Below, piece by piece: positions 24,683 to 38,786 of a stretch of DNA of 64,000 nt. The position numbers were made by a program, and so were the translations under genes. The stretch is from Macrostomum hystrix (taxonomy: Eukaryota; Animalia; Platyhelminthes). The DNA is taken from positions 3,906,001-3,970,000 of the forward strand of contig CATNEN010000011.1 in the NCBI GenBank assembly GCA_950097015.1. The letters run 5' to 3'. The notes under the pieces were generated by a model. That model was given only the letters and a program-made list of their open reading frames with translations, was not told where the DNA came from and made no database searches. Positions within the stretch are counted from its first letter, which is position 1. Each line of letters starts with the position of its first letter.

Positions 24683-27566
24683 GATGCTATTTTTGCTACT
24701 TATATTTTCTAGTCTAGTTTGAACAGAGTGTTGAGGTCTGAAATAATGCATTTTTTGTTCAGCCTGTCACTTATATAGTATGAAAATTAGATGCTTGTAG
24801 TCAAAATAGTCAATTTATTTACTTTAAACTATTATTTAAATTCAAATAAAAAACTAAGTGTTGTATACATTGTTGCATACTGTGACATCTCCTAGATTTA
24901 AACTACCATGTTGTAGGTCTATTGCAATGGTTGGCAAACATATTAGTACACAGGCCACAGAGAGAACATAAAAGACTCAAGTGAGCTGTATTATCTATAG
25001 GAATTTGAGAAAGGGGAAAGATGAGATGCAGGATAGATGACACAGGGAAAGCGAAGGGAAACACAAGAAGGATGAGGAAGGATAAAAAAGGTGTTGGAAT
25101 TGGCAATAGGCCAGATTCAAAAGCTTTGAGGGCCATATCAGGCTCATGAACCAGAGTTTGCTAACCCTTGATCTATTGCATAGTTTATTTTACTGTGACC
25201 AATACATAATTAGGATTGCTAGATAAATAAATAATAAATAAATAAATAAAACATTACACATTTGTATTTTTAATATACAAATAATAGCTTATCTAGGCAA
25301 CAAAGAAGCTTTAAATCTCGACAGCTTTTACACATTTACAATACTTGGATAATTTAGATAATTAACTTAATTACCATGCTTATAGAATTATGAAATGGAA
25401 TTTATTTAGAATAGCTAATGCTTTTTTAAAAGCTTTTCCTGTGGACAACTTAGTAAAATGACCATGCCAAAAATGTAATTTGAAAATTTTTTAAACACCA
25501 AATGTTGCATAGTTAGTATGATAGCAATTTTAATGGTAGGACTACCAAGCCATATTGCGGCCTATTTATATACCAATGGGGGGAATTGCCCCCCAAAAAA
25601 ACTTTTTGGCAGCGCTCAAATACAAATGGCATTGGGTGGTGATTGATTCATTTACAGAATAGGTAGGTTGTCCTATTTTTGAGCTGAACTTTTTATTTAG
25701 GCTTAATCAATGAAATAGGAGAAATTTGCATCTGGATTTTTATTGTGGCCTAGTTCCATCTTTTGTAGCCTTTGAATGTCTAACAGTCTGTCTAGATAAA
25801 GGTAGGTGTCCACCAAAAATAGAGATAATTTTAAATAGAGTATATTTTTCTGACATGTTGATACATTTTGAAGGCCATATTGAGGGGCAATGCAAAATTG
25901 TATAAGGATATAAAATCTTTGCACTTGTAGAAAAAAATCTGACCTATGGCCAGAAGTATTGAATATCTTGATGGTTTGAACAGCTGGCAACTTGATTATT
26001 GTTCCAGAAGATGTGCAACAAAAGTTGGCCAGTGTTTTCAGTTCTATGTGCTTATATTGCTTTGTTCAGGTGCAACAAAATGTCAGTTCTACTATTAATG
26101 TATTATTGGCACACATTTTCATTTTACAGACATACTATGTTGTTACACTACCCTGTCCCTAGTACATAAAAAAGAATGTGTACAGTGTAGACTGTGATCC
26201 CAAATATGGTCTTAATTAAAATGTGTTATGTAATAGGAATTTTAACCACCAGGTTGATAGACATTGGTTGAGTGGCTGGCTAATGAAAGTATAATTTGAT
26301 GATATTGCAAAGAAAAATGTAAATAAATTAATATCTATCATATTAGTTTCTAATATTTCTAAATTTCTAAAAACAAAGTTTCTTTTTGTACCTAGACTCA
26401 ATTGAGTGGGAAGTATGGAAGTCATTGACAATTTTATTTATCTTTTTGGCTTTTTTGAATTAAAATTTATTTTAGCAATGTAAAAATGCCTAAAGGTATT
26501 ATGTAATTTTATATAAAGAATATGCAAAGATATAATTATAAGAGGTAGGTTATGGACCTCAGGGCCTAAGCTAAGGTATAAAATAAAGTAAGTTAAGCAA
26601 AAAGCTTGGCACTTAAATTTTTGGCTGGATATTATAGACTATAGAGTATGAATGATTAACAGATGTTATCTTTCACTAATCACCATATTATGATTAGATT
26701 GAACAATTTGCATAATTTATAGTGTGCAAAAAACTGTCCCTCTGCTCGTCTTACTACTCAGAAGTGCCAGAAAGATAGGAACAGAATTATGCAAAGCAAA
26801 AAACTTATAAATGTATAAATTGTAAACGATAGTTAAAAAAGGAAGCAAGAATTATAATGCGATACGTAGAATTAATTATTTGTTTGCTTGCTGCAAGCGT
26901 GAAACTCGCCCCTTGAGTACGCTCAAGTAAAGTTTAAACTTAATCGCAAGTTAATATCATGAAATTTAAAACAAAAGATGCCTTTAATTTATTAAAAGCA
27001 GCTATAATATATCAAAATCACAGTTAATAAAATGAATGAAAAAAGTATACACAGCGTTTGGCTTTTCTTTAAAAACCTCTAAGTATATGCGGAGTGCTTT
27101 CATTTTTAACCTGTACATCGCTCCTAGATTACAATTAAATAGAGCACGTGCTTCGCTTTGCGGACGACAACAAAAGAGGATCAACATGTTCAGCCGTTTG
27201 GCTTTCAGGATTTATATGATGAGTGGTTTGTGGTACATCTAAAAAAAACAAAATAAATAGTTTTAGCTAGGTTTTCTTTAACTAAACATCAGCTGTCCTA
27301 ACTAAACTGACTCCTGGACCAACTACAGCTTAAGCTTATTGTGGTACTTTATAGCTATAGCTTAACTATTAAACTGTTTCTAAATGTGGCTATTACGCAA
27401 AACAATATCAAGCTAAGTTTTTGCAGTTTTTTATTTTAGTCAAATCTAAATTTAGTCAAATAGTCAAATTTTGTATTTGACTTTTATGAACTAAACTTAA
27501 AGTTTTTATATATAAATCCATTTTAATCAGTTTAGGTTTAAGAAGGTTAAGCAGTTTTTTATTTAA

Positions 27567-29142
27567 ATGGTAGCAGTATGTACCCACTGATCATGTTATT
27601 AATTGTCTTTCTCTGTTTATAATAATAGCTATTCATAAGATTTATTGTGTTTAAACATTGCATGCATTCATTGTATCTTGCAGGATGTGACAGTGCTTGG
27701 AGCTGGAATTGTAGGATGGTCTGTCGCAGCTCAGCTGTTAGACGCCCTGCCAAATTGTCATCTCACAGTTGTCGCCGATCAGTTCGATGAAGAAACTGTA
27801 TCCTGGGTGGCTGCAGGCTCATTTCGAGTTGAAAGCTTCAAAGAATTGTGTCCTAAAAATCCTGAACATGGAAAAAAATGGGCAACTGAATCGTTTGAGC
27901 ATTATCTTGAGCTGGCGGTTTCTGCTCAAGTAAGTTTATCTAGCTAGATCAGTGACTCTAACTTTGGGCGACTGAGAGGTCCTGAGTTTGAATCTCAGTC
28001 TAAGTTCACCCTACGCCTAGCTTTAGAATTAGGACAACATGAGCTGGGGCAGAAATTCTGATCGTGTAATATCTGTTCTCAAATTTGCTTTCTGTCAGGG
28101 AAGCCTTGCTGGTTGTTTGCTTCTGCCGCTAGTTCAAGTTGACGAAGATGCTAACAGATTGCCGCCGGATTATCTCCAGTTGGCTCACTCGGTGAGCAAG
28201 CTCACACCGGAACAGTTGAGCTCGGAGTTTCCGCGTTGGCCAAGCCTGCGCTGCGGTTGGTCATGCGAGACCATCCTGACCGAGTCGCGTCTCTACCTGC
28301 CGTTCCTGCGAACGAGGTTCGGGCTTTTGCACTGAATGTTTCTGAGTATCTTTCTGACATGATTTTCTGTGTCTCGTTTTGATTATCTGGATGGTTTTGA
28401 GATTCTTCGAGTCTGCTTGACATTATCCTCATCTCCTAGATATTATTCAAACCTCCTTGAGACTAATTGAGATTATCCAAAATCTCTCTGAGATTATTCT
28501 AATCCCCATGGGATTATAAATACCACAACTTGATTATTCAAACCTCATGTGGATTATCCTGAATTCTAATTACACACATCTGATCCCATTGCGCACGCTA
28601 ATTTCAGATGCCGCTGCATCAATCTGACAGTCGAGCGCCGTCGTGTCAACGCCCTGACTGACCTGTTAACGAATCGCTGCCGCCTGGTGTTTAACTGCAC
28701 CGGTCTGGGCGCGGCAAAACTAGCCGATGATCCCAGTGTTTATCCCGTTCGCGGCCAGGTTTTTAAAATTCGTGCTCCCTGGGTGAAGCGAGCCGTTGTT
28801 GGGCCAGCCGGGGACACCTACATTTATCCCGGCGCGTCGGATATTGTAACAGTCGGAGGCTGCAGACAATTGGCAAATTGTTCAACTGAAATTAGCGCTG
28901 ATGATTCAACAGCGATTTGGAATCGAGCTATTCGTCTAATGCCATCCATTGGCGGCTCGGAGACCGTCAGACAGCTCGCCGGTCTGAGGCCAGCTCGCAG
29001 TGGCGGCATTCGCGTCGAATCAGACGCCAGCGACACTAGGATTGTGCACTGCTACGGACACGGCGGTAACGGCGTGGCACTCGCCTGGGGCACCGCAGCT
29101 GAGGCCGTCCAAATCGGACTGGAGAATCTCCGCAGAAAATGA
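27567..29142 (+). CDS. D-amino-acid oxidase / D-aspartate oxidase family flavoenzyme, ~335 aa
   Basis: Exons 27567-27575 (tentative MVA), 27684-27929, 28099-28316, 28608-29142 in phase. GAGIVG Rossmann motif, VFNCTGLGA, YPVRGQ, APW, TYIYPG, GGCRQ, GLRP, HCYGHGGNG. Confidence 0.9.
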
Positions 29143-29189
29143 AAATGATTGACAGCTTAGAGAAGGCTGACTTAGATTTGGAAATATTG

Positions 29190-29500
29190 GGGTGGATTAG
29201 GAGACAACAGGGATAGATTCAAAGATACTGGGATGGATTCGGAGATACTGGGATGGATTCTTAGGTACTGGGGTGGATTCTTAGATACTGGGATGGATTC
29301 TTGGGTACAGGGATGGATTCTTAGGTACTGGGATGGATTCTTAGATACTGGGATGGATTCTTGGGTACAGGGATGGATTCTTAGTTACTGGGATGGATTC
29401 ATTGATAACTGGGATGGGTTCATTGATAACTGGGATGGATTCATTGATAATTGGGATGGGTTCATTGATAACTGGGATGGGTTCATTGATAGCTGGAATG
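29190..29500. repeat. 20/21-bp minisatellites 3' of the oxidase
   Basis: GGGATGGATTCTTAGATACT units changing to GGATGGATTCATTGATAACTG units. Confidence 0.9.
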
Positions 29501-29809
29501 ATTTTGCATTTTTATTCAGAAGTGATAATTTTTTCTTGTGAACCTCAGAACTTCTTGCTTCAATTTATTTATGTATTTTTGTTTTTAAAGATGTTTTAAT
29601 AAATATTTTAATCGATGCATTTTGGTTTCAATTCCAGCTAAAACAAGGTTCTTTTCTGAAGCGACGAAACCATGTTTAAATTGTCTATTGTTTCAGTAGT
29701 ACGAAAAGTATTGTATCACGTGTTTCATTGCTTATTTTCGTGATACCGTTTCAGTTCTAACTGAAAATTAGCCGCAATAACGGACAGAAAAGTAGACTTG
29801 TTAGACAGT

Positions 29810-31385
29810 TACCTGTTACCTGTTAGTAGTATTAACCTCTTAGACAGTAGTATTACCTGTTAGACAGTAGTATTGCCTGTTAGACTGTAGTATTACCTGT
29901 TAGACTGTAGTATTATCTGCTAGGCAGAAGTATTACCTGTTAGATAGTAGTATTACCTGTTAGACAGTAGTATTACCTGTTAGACTGTAGTATTATCTGC
30001 TAGGCAGAAGTATTACCTGTTAGATAGTAGTATTACCTGTTAGACAGTAGTATTACCTGTTAGACTGTAGTATTATCTGCTAGGCAGAAGTATTACCTGT
30101 TAGATAGTAGTATTACCTGTTAGACAGTAGTATTACCTGTTAGACAGTAGTATTATCTGCTAGGCAGAAGTATTACCTGTTAGACAGTAGTATTGCCTGT
30201 TAGACAGTAGTATTGCCTGTTAGACAGTAGTATTACCTGTTAGACAGTAGCATTATCTGCTAGGCAGAAGTACTACCTGTTTGACAGTAGTATTGCCTGT
30301 TAGACAGTAGTATTGCCTGTTAGACAGTAGTATTACCTGTTAGACAGTAGTATTGCCTGTTAGACTGTAGTATTACCTGTTAGACTGTAGTATTATCTGC
30401 TAGGCAGAAGTATTACCTGTTAGATAGTAGTATTACCTGTTAGACAGTAGTATTACCTGTTAGACAGTAGTATTATCTGCTAGGCAGAAGTATTACCTGT
30501 TAGATAGTAGTATTACCTGTTAGACAGTAGTATTACCTGTTAGACAGTAGTATTATCTGCTAGGCAGAAGTATTACCTGTTTGACAGTAGTATTGCCTGT
30601 TAGACAGTAGTATTGCCTGTTAGACAGTAGTATTACCTGTTAGACAGTAGCATTATCTGCTAGGTAGAAGTATTACCTGTTAGATAGTAGTATTATCTGC
30701 TAGGCAGAAGTATTACCTGTTAGACAGTAGTATTATCTGCTAGGCAGAAGTATTACCTGTTTGACAGTAGTATTGCCTGTTAGACAGTAGTATTGCCTGT
30801 TTGACCGTAGTATTACCTGTTTGACAGTAGTATTGCCTGTTAGACAGTAGTATTACGTGTTAGACAGTAGTATTACGTGTTAGACAGTAGTATTACGTGT
30901 TAGACAGTAGTATTGCCTGTTAGGCAGTAGTATTGCCTGTTAGACAGTAGTATTATCTGCTAGGCAGAAGTATTACCTGTTTGACAGTAGTATTGCCTGT
31001 TAGACAGTAGTATTGCCTGTTAGACAGTAGTATTACCTGTTAGACAGTAGCATTATCTGCTAGGTAGAAGTATTACCTGTTAGATAGTAGTATTATCTGC
31101 TAGGCAGAAGTATTACCTGTTAGACAGTAGTATTATCTGCTAGGCAGAAGTATTACCTGTTTGACAGTAGTATTGCCTGTTAGACAGTAGTATTGCCTGT
31201 TTGACCGTAGTATTACCTGTTTGACAGTAGTATTGCCTGTTAGACAGTAGTATTACGTGTTAGACAGTAGTATTACGTGTTAGACAGTAGTATTGCCTGT
31301 TAGGCAGTAGTATTGCCTGTTAGACAGTAGTATGACCTGTTAAACTGTAGTATTACATGTTAGACAGTGAGCCTGTTAGACAGTA
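29810..31385. repeat. 20-bp satellite with 400-bp block duplication
   Basis: TAGACAGTAGTATTACCTGT, about 78 copies. The variant string at 30561 recurs at 30961. Confidence 0.97.
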
Positions 31386-32983
31386 AGACTACCAGACAGA
31401 AGGACATACTATTATTACCTTCCTCTTTCAAATTTGGATGAACCAAATGGGTTGCAGTGAAGTTTTCGACGTACAACCGGCTACTGTAAGTTTTAAATTT
31501 TGGGCTAGCTTTGAAGACCTTACACGTTGGCCTTTTAAACAAATAGGTTTCTCGGTGAAGCGGTACTGCTTGCAAATCTTCCACCTTGAAAAGGTTCATT
31601 TTGTCGTGTCGTTTCTAATTGTGCTACTATAAGTAAGCTCTTAAAGGGATGCTGAGAGGAAATAGTCTAATTTCCAAATACAGCTAGGGAAGAAGATTAA
31701 TCAAAAGGAGATCGTATTAAGTAGTCTTCTGATGGTATATTTCTATATGTCGATTCAAGTTCTTAGAAATGCAGGAAATGAAGCTGGGGCAGTTCCCTGG
31801 CAGAGACTATTTTCTGTCATCTATCGTCTGTCTATGGTGTGAAACATTCCCCATCTACCAGAGCCAAACTCGAGTTCCGTTCCTAGCTTTAATGTACAGA
31901 CAAGTAAGCTTCTGATTGGCTGTTATTTTTCTGTCTCTCTCCGCAAAGCTTTGCCTGTCCTTTTGGATTCTCGCTGGTTGAGAAAACACGATCATTATCC
32001 AGCTTTTCTGTCCGTTAACAATCACAATGTACAAGCTTTTGTGTACTGAGTAGCATACTTTTCCTTACTGAATAAATAGTCAAACTGAGGAGATGCAACC
32101 TTAAATTAAGCGCTCAGCTCTGACCAAAGAGGGTTAAATTTCTGCTCTGTTGGCTTTTACTGCTAACTAAATTCATATCTCTCATAGTGGGCAGTACATT
32201 CGGCTATCGCCGACCAAGAGAGCGAGGGGAGCGGGCACACATGGATGCGATTGGTCCTATCGATCGAAAGAAAGCTCGTCGTATTTCATTGGGAATCTCA
32301 CGGTTAATCTCAGAGAGCTAAATCTCGTCCCCTGGTCGCTGTGCATGCAATTAGATTTTTTTTGCTTTGCCTTGGCTGCTGCTACACTCGACTCTAGATG
32401 CTGACACTGGGCTGTATCTTTCGTGGACACTTTTTGAGGACTCAACTATCTGAACCGACTTTCTGTACGTTCGGCCGCCAGCAGTAGACAGAGATGAGAC
32501 ACGGGGAGAGAAAGAGAGAGACTAATTCGTCTCCTTCCCTCTGCCCGCCCACACACTTCAGCTGCCAGTTCCCATCCGACCGTCAAGCCGCTGTGCGTGC
32601 CTAAGCACTTGTGCTCAGACTGCTCAGGCAGGTTTAGGGAGAGAGAAACGAGGAAAGACACGCACAGACATTAGGGAGGAAAGGCTAGACGTGGACGAGA
32701 TCCTATTCGATGATCGAGCTTTCTAGAGAAGGCCAGATTTCTTTATTAAGGCTTTCTTTCCGTTTCTGCATGGCTACCATCTCTGTCCCTCCATCTCGTT
32801 TCTAACCCGCTTCTCTCTTTTCTCCCTCTGTAAGTTGATTTTCCTCTTCCTAAATTCACTCATCGTTGGACATATTTGCAAGACTCCAGATTTTACGTTG
32901 CTCAATCCTGCAGGTTCTGAGAATTCAGAGTCCAATGCATTTCTTCTCATCTAAATAGGTCTAAAGCCACAAAGCCCAGCAAA

Positions 32984-35900
32984 ATGGTTCTGGAGAATGT
33001 CAATGTGCCAGGACTAATCTCCGTGCTACTGTTCTATCTGCTAATTTTGATCGTCGGTATATGGGCCGGGCGAAAGACCAAAGGCAGAGGCGACACCGAA
33101 GAGGTCATGGTGGCAGATAGAAGCATCGGCTTAACTGTCGGTATCTTTACAATGACCGGTGAGTGTTAAATACTGCACCCTGCATTCAAACTGTGCATTT
33201 CTTATAGTGAGGAAGTCTGCAATTGAAAACAAAACCTTTGCTTCAGCCACATGGGTTGGCGGCGGCTACATCAACGGCACGGCTGAGACTGTCTTCAATC
33301 CAGCTATTGGTTTGGTGGGAGCTCAGGCACCGTTCGGCTACGCTTTGAGCCTCATTTTTGGTTCGTTTATTTTTTATATATATTTTTTCTGGAATTCGAT
33401 TTTAATGAACTTTACTTGCTACTGACTGATTGAAAAATATAGGTGAAAGGTGAAAAGCAATAATTAACAGAAGCATGAATTTCCATCTTAGCTCGAAAAT
33501 ATACACCTGCAGTCATCATTTACCATGCTCGATACGAATAAACAGACTAGCGGAGCGATCAAAGTGTTTATCTCTCGCTTTAAAGTCCCAGAGGTCGAAT
33601 CCGCGGCGAGGCCACACTCATTTAAGGCGCAGCGGCGAAGAGATGGCTGAGATGAAATGTATGCCACTGAGGAGCCAAGCCCCAAAGCATTGTGGGAATT
33701 TGTCCTCAGGGTTCAGCGCAATGGCTGCGAGTCGGCTGTCACAAAATGTCTGTCGGTGCACACAGCCCTTCTTGAAAATATAATTCTTCCGTTAAGAGTC
33801 GAAACCACACATACGCACACCTACTGTCCCAAATCACAACAATAACATCACTACGCTCCATGATATTTTGAATCGCACAGGTGGTCTGTTCTTCGCTAAC
33901 AAGATGCGCACCAAGGGCTACATTACCATGCTGGACCCGTTCCAGTACAAGTACGGAGAGCGAATGTGCGGCCTGCTGTTCGTTCCGGCTCTGCTTGGCG
34001 AAGTGTTTTGGTCCGCTGCTATTCTGTCTGCTCTGGGTGAGTTCATGATTAGTCCTGTGTTGCCAGAGTGACTGCAGTGGGGATTAGTGCTGTGTTGCCA
34101 GAGTGACTGCAGTGGGGATTAGTGCTGTGTTGATAGAGGGACTTCCGTTTGTGATGGTAATAGGACGCATTGTGAATTATCATTGTTTATCTTTAGGAGC
34201 AACACTGAAAGTGATTCTAAACATGGACAACACACACGCCGTTATTGCGTCGGCTTGCATCGCATTGGGCTATACCCTGTTTGGCGGACTGTACTCTGTT
34301 GCCTACACTGATGTTGTTCAACTATTCTGCATCTTCTTTGGATTGGTAAGTTGAGTGATAACAGCTAAACTGTCCCTATCTTAATTGCTGTACAAAAATT
34401 TTTACAGCAATGAAATCTGAACTTTTTGAAAATAAACCTTACCTGTTAGTAAAGTAGCCTCAGCGATTGAAAATCAGCCATATTCTTCGACTGCTATCTC
34501 TCCTTTCAAATCAGGAAAATCTAGTTATGGGGTGGTCGAACCAGAAAAAAGTCTAACAGTTGACAAAGCATTGTACTATTTAACACTTGCAGTGGCTTTC
34601 AATTCCGTTCGCGATGATGAACCCTCTGGTGCAGCCCATTGCATCCACGGCGCTTGTGCGCACTGTGAATGGCACTGAGCAAGCCGGTTGGCTTGGTACC
34701 CTGGCTCCACAGGATAGTGCCAATTACATCGACAACATGCTGATGCTAACCTTCGGTGGCATACCCTGGCAAGTGTACTTTCAGCGCGTCCTATCGGCCA
34801 AGACTGCTCGCAATGCGCAATTGTTGTCTTACGTCGCCGCTTTCGGCTGCCTAGTCATGGCGATGCCGTCCGTGCTTATTGGAGCTGTGGCAGCATCGGC
34901 TGGTGAGTCAAATTTAAAAATATTTTTACATTTTAGAGACTACTTGTTTGTTTCTGCTTGTCAGGATCATGCGTGGTTTACTGTTTGCTTAGCAAAATTG
35001 TCTTACTCGTCGGCTGACGAAACTATGTGGCGCCCCCATGTGGTAGTGGCGCCCCCATGTGGTAGTGGCGCCCCCATGTGGTAGTGGCGCCCCCATGTCG
35101 TAGCGGCGCCCCCATGTGGTAGCGGCGCCCCCATGTGGTAGTGGCGCCCCCATGTGGTAGCGGCGCCCCCATGTGATAGTGGCGCCCCCATGTGGTAGTG
35201 GCGCCCTCATGTGGTAGTGGCGCCCATAAAAGGCGCGGCCCCCACCCTTGACAAAAATACAGGTTACGCCACTGGGTACCGGTGGACTGGTAACCAGCGA
35301 TGAGACAACTATTCCGCTGACTCTTGAGAACACACGCACAGCACAGGCACAGGCACAGGCACACACTCACACATATGTACATCACATCGTAAGGCAGTGT
35401 ACACTCTCACTGTGCCTTGGTGGTTGACACTCAACTCATGAACTCAGTGCTAGAGGCAAACGCTTAGACCGCCCTGGCACTCAACCCTCGCGGTCTCGCT
35501 TATACTGTCTTCCTCTCTTTGCCAACTTCATGCATCCAGACTGGCAGAGCACCGCCTACTTCAACATCACCCAGAGCAGCGAGTTTAACAAAGACGAGAT
35601 GAAACTAATTCTGCCCCTGGTCCTGCAGTACCTCTGCCCTCCGGCCATCGCATTTGTTGGCCTCGGTGTTGTCTCAGCCGCCGTTATGTCGTCAGCTGAC
35701 AGTTCAATCCTGTCTGCAGCCTCCATGTTCGCTCGCAATGTGATAAAGCCAATATTCTGGCAGAAGGCTACGGATCATCACATCATTTGGTCGATGCGTG
35801 CTGCCATCGTGGTTGTTGGCATCATCGCCTGCGTTCTTGCTATTAAAATTTCCACCATCTATGGCCTTTGGTTCCTCTGCTCCGACCTAGTCTACGTGGT

Positions 35901-36381
35901 GCTGTTCCCGCAGCTGATCGCCGTGATCTACATCAGCTGGTCGAACACCTACGGCAGCCTGACTGGCTACATTGTCGGCATGTTTCTGCGCATTTCAGCT
36001 GGCGAAGCGCTCATTTTTCTGCCAGCCCTTTTTCGCTATCCGGGCTTCGTCGATGGCCCCGAGTTCTATCAGCGATTCCCTGTGAAGACGTTCAGCATGT
36101 TGGCTTCCTTGGCGGCGGCAACTATTGTCAGCTACGCAACACATCGAGTTTTCACCGACGGCAAGCTGCCCGCCAGCTGGGATGTGTTCCACTGCGTCAT
36201 CCGACCGCCAGAAGAGCCGCCCGTTGTTGAAGCCGCGGAGACTGACAACGTTGATGACGGCATCATGCTGAAGCCGGTCGGCAGTCAGAAGGGCAAGTGG
36301 GAGGCCAGTCTGCAGCCGACAGTCGGCCTGCCTGCACTTGATGAGGAGCCGCAGCCGGTCGAGTCGCTGATAAGCGCCTAA
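32984..36381 (+). CDS. SLC5A7: High-affinity choline transporter (SLC5A7/CHT1-like), 6 exons, ~581 aa
   Basis: Exons 32984-33158, 33247-33360, 33881-34036, 34197-34345, 34593-34902, 35540-36381 in phase (1746 nt). Motifs [72 protein letters not shown]. Confidence 0.95.
35025..35274. repeat. 19-bp GGCGCCCC minisatellite ending in a MITE-like terminus
   Basis: (GTGGCGCCCCCATGTGGTA)n at 35025-35226, followed by CAGGTTACGCCACTG (reverse complement of a CAGTGGCGTA-type TIR) at 35260-35274. Confidence 0.75.
35320..35495 (-). mobile_element. Deleted SINE-B copy
   Basis: Reverse complement of the tail, GGCAGTGTACACTCTCACTGTG, and tRNA head (GAGGCAAACGCTTAGACCGC). Confidence 0.7.
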
Positions 36382-37244
36382 ATCTGAACCGACATGTCAA
36401 TTAGTACTAAAATGGTTTACCCTAAAATGGAATATAAGCGCATTCTCTGATTAAAGCCGCAATTAAAAGAAAAATATGTAGATTGCGTTCTAATCTTTTT
36501 TGTCATAAAATTTAGATTTTTAGACGTGCTTGATTAGGGTGACATATTTATAACTATATTTTATATCATAAGCTTTCTACTAGGTTTTTTATTTTTATAT
36601 TGACAAAGGAATCCTTTTATATTTTGCGAATTTCTCTCGCAGTTGTCGTTTATTTAATACCAACTTGTTCTTAGTCCTTCAGAACAACTATATTTTTTGT
36701 TTTTAAGTGCTTAGCACCAAATATTATATTAAGCTCTAAAGCACCAACTTTGTTTTAATCACTGACGCTATGCATTATTTAAATACGTGCTCGTTTTTCG
36801 TCGTTAAAAACGACTAATATTGGTTGTACTTTTTCATAATTTACACCGCATGACTTTTTAGATGCGAGTAGCAGCACTATTTGCATATTTTCATCCAAAG
36901 GTTGTACCTGAAATGGTTGTAACTTCGAAGATTTGATTTTATTATTTAGTGCTAAACTTTACATGACTTTTGCTAAGCCCGTCAATAGGTTGTCGTCAGC
37001 TTTTAGATTTTGTTTGACAAGTTTTTGCCTAGTTTTCAACGTTGTATGTTCTGTTCTAAAGTTCCTATTCTGTATAGTTTTTAGTTTTTTGATTTGAGTA
37101 AAAATAAATTATTTACTTTTTAGAAAAATATTATAGCGAATAGAAGATTATCGGTTTTGCAAAAAAAATGAAAAATGCGATTAGCGCATAAAACTGGTTT
37201 GGTCGTATGCTGTGTCATTTCTTTTCTAGATAAGTTCGCCTTAT

Positions 37245-37475
37245 TGAGGGTGAGTGGCAGAGCGGTTGACGCATTTGCCTCTCGTACCAAGGTCCCAGAG
37301 CTCGATTCCGCGGCGAGGCCACATTCATTTGGGGCGCCGCCGCGGAGAGAAGGCTTGGGCCGTTGGGGTTTTGTCGTAAAATTTACGCCCTTGAGGGCCA
37401 ACCTTCAAAAGATAGTAAAAGTGTACACTGCCTGACGATGATGAAGTCAGGGCAGATGTACACACCTGTGTGAGC
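37245..37475 (+). mobile_element. SINE-B copy
   Basis: TGGCAGAGCGG ... CTCGATTCCGCGGCGAGGCCACATTCATTTG ... GTGTACACTGCCTGACGATG...TCAGGGCAGATGTACACACCTGTGTG. Confidence 0.85.
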
Positions 37476-38171
37476 GAATTCGAAGAGCTGCTGTGTTCGA
37501 AGCTGCCGCACATTTCGATTTTCACCACAAACAAGTGGTGGAGTCAACATCTCGCTGCATAACTTTCCTAAGAGGGACTCTGCTGCATAGAAGTGGATGT
37601 TAAACAGTTTCGTTTGGCAGTTTTTTTATTCGATGGTTTAAGTGAAATATAAATAGTTTGCAAGCACAGGCTATTGCCTTTGCAAAACCCATTGATACGC
37701 AAACAAGCTACTGACTTGCGTTGTCGCAAATTTTTTCAAGAAAGACAGGCTCTATAAATGGGCATGCTTGTGGTCCCGCTGACTTGCTTGCAACTGCGGA
37801 GTAAAAGCAAGATCAGCCCCAGAATCGTAGACCATATGCTTTACTATCGAACAAACACCATTGGCTTTTGATCGAAGCACTCGACTGAGGTTAGCACACT
37901 TTGCAAGGTTGATTAATGTCAAATAAATGGAGGTGTTCAGCATCCGTCAGCTAATAGAAACTACTGACAGAAGAGAGCGTCTGCAAAAGCAAGTTGCTAG
38001 AGCCTCAGGTCCAACCACGGATACTACAAGTATATACCCTAGATAGTTCACTTCCATGCAATCATTTCAATTGAAAACTTTTTAAGACTTCTTGATGTCT
38101 CGTAGCAAAAGCATATTTTTGTGAAATTATGAGTTCTAAAGTCCTAAGCAGCTGAAGTCGCGCATTAGAAT

Positions 38172-38786
38172 TCAGTCGCCAGCTTCGTACTCGCGCGCCT
38201 GCGGCTGTTGCTCCACCTGGCGTTCGTGCCGCTGCCGCATGTTGCTCACCAGCGATGGCATCAGCAGTTCGAGCCGACTGCGCAGTTTGCGGCCTCCGTT
38301 GCGCCTGGTGAACTCCGTGAACTCCGCGGAGGCGAACTGCGCACCGTTGTCGGAGACCAGCACTCGGGGGATGCCCAGTCTGGCGAAGACCTCGCGGAGC
38401 CGGTCGATCGTGGCCGCTGATGTCGTGCTGTGCCCTTGGAAAACTTCCGGCCACTTGCTGAAAGCGTCTAGGATCACCAGGTAGGTGCGGCCGTTAACCG
38501 GACCGGCAAAGTCCAGATGTAGCCGCGCCCACGGATCTGACGGAAACGGCCACGGTTGAACCAGTGCCTTGGGTGGGTCAGCCTGGTTGAGGGCGCAGAT
38601 CCGGCAGGACTTGACGGCCGCCTCCAGCTGCTTATCCAATCCTGGCCACCAGACATAGCTGCGGGCCAGAGCTCGCATGCGGTTGATGCCTGGGTGCGCC
38701 TGGTGCAGCTCATCCACCCACGCCTTGTCGCAGGGCCGTCGGCACGACGACGCGGGATCCCCACAGCACGCAGCTTTGCTCCACAC
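38172..38786 (-). pseudogene. Ty3/Gypsy-type LTR retrotransposon integrase relic
   Basis: HHCC zinc domain (LHQAHPGI...WWPGLD...CRIC), LHLDFAGP, VDAFSKWPE-like, LVSDNGAQF. The segment with the third catalytic Glu is deleted between EFTRRNGG and RKLRSRLELL. No LTRs seen. Confidence 0.85.

Noticed and set aside
29140-29150. Stop-codon readthrough or selenocysteine at the oxidase TGA
   Set aside because: A second TGA follows after one codon and no SECIS-like structure is evident.
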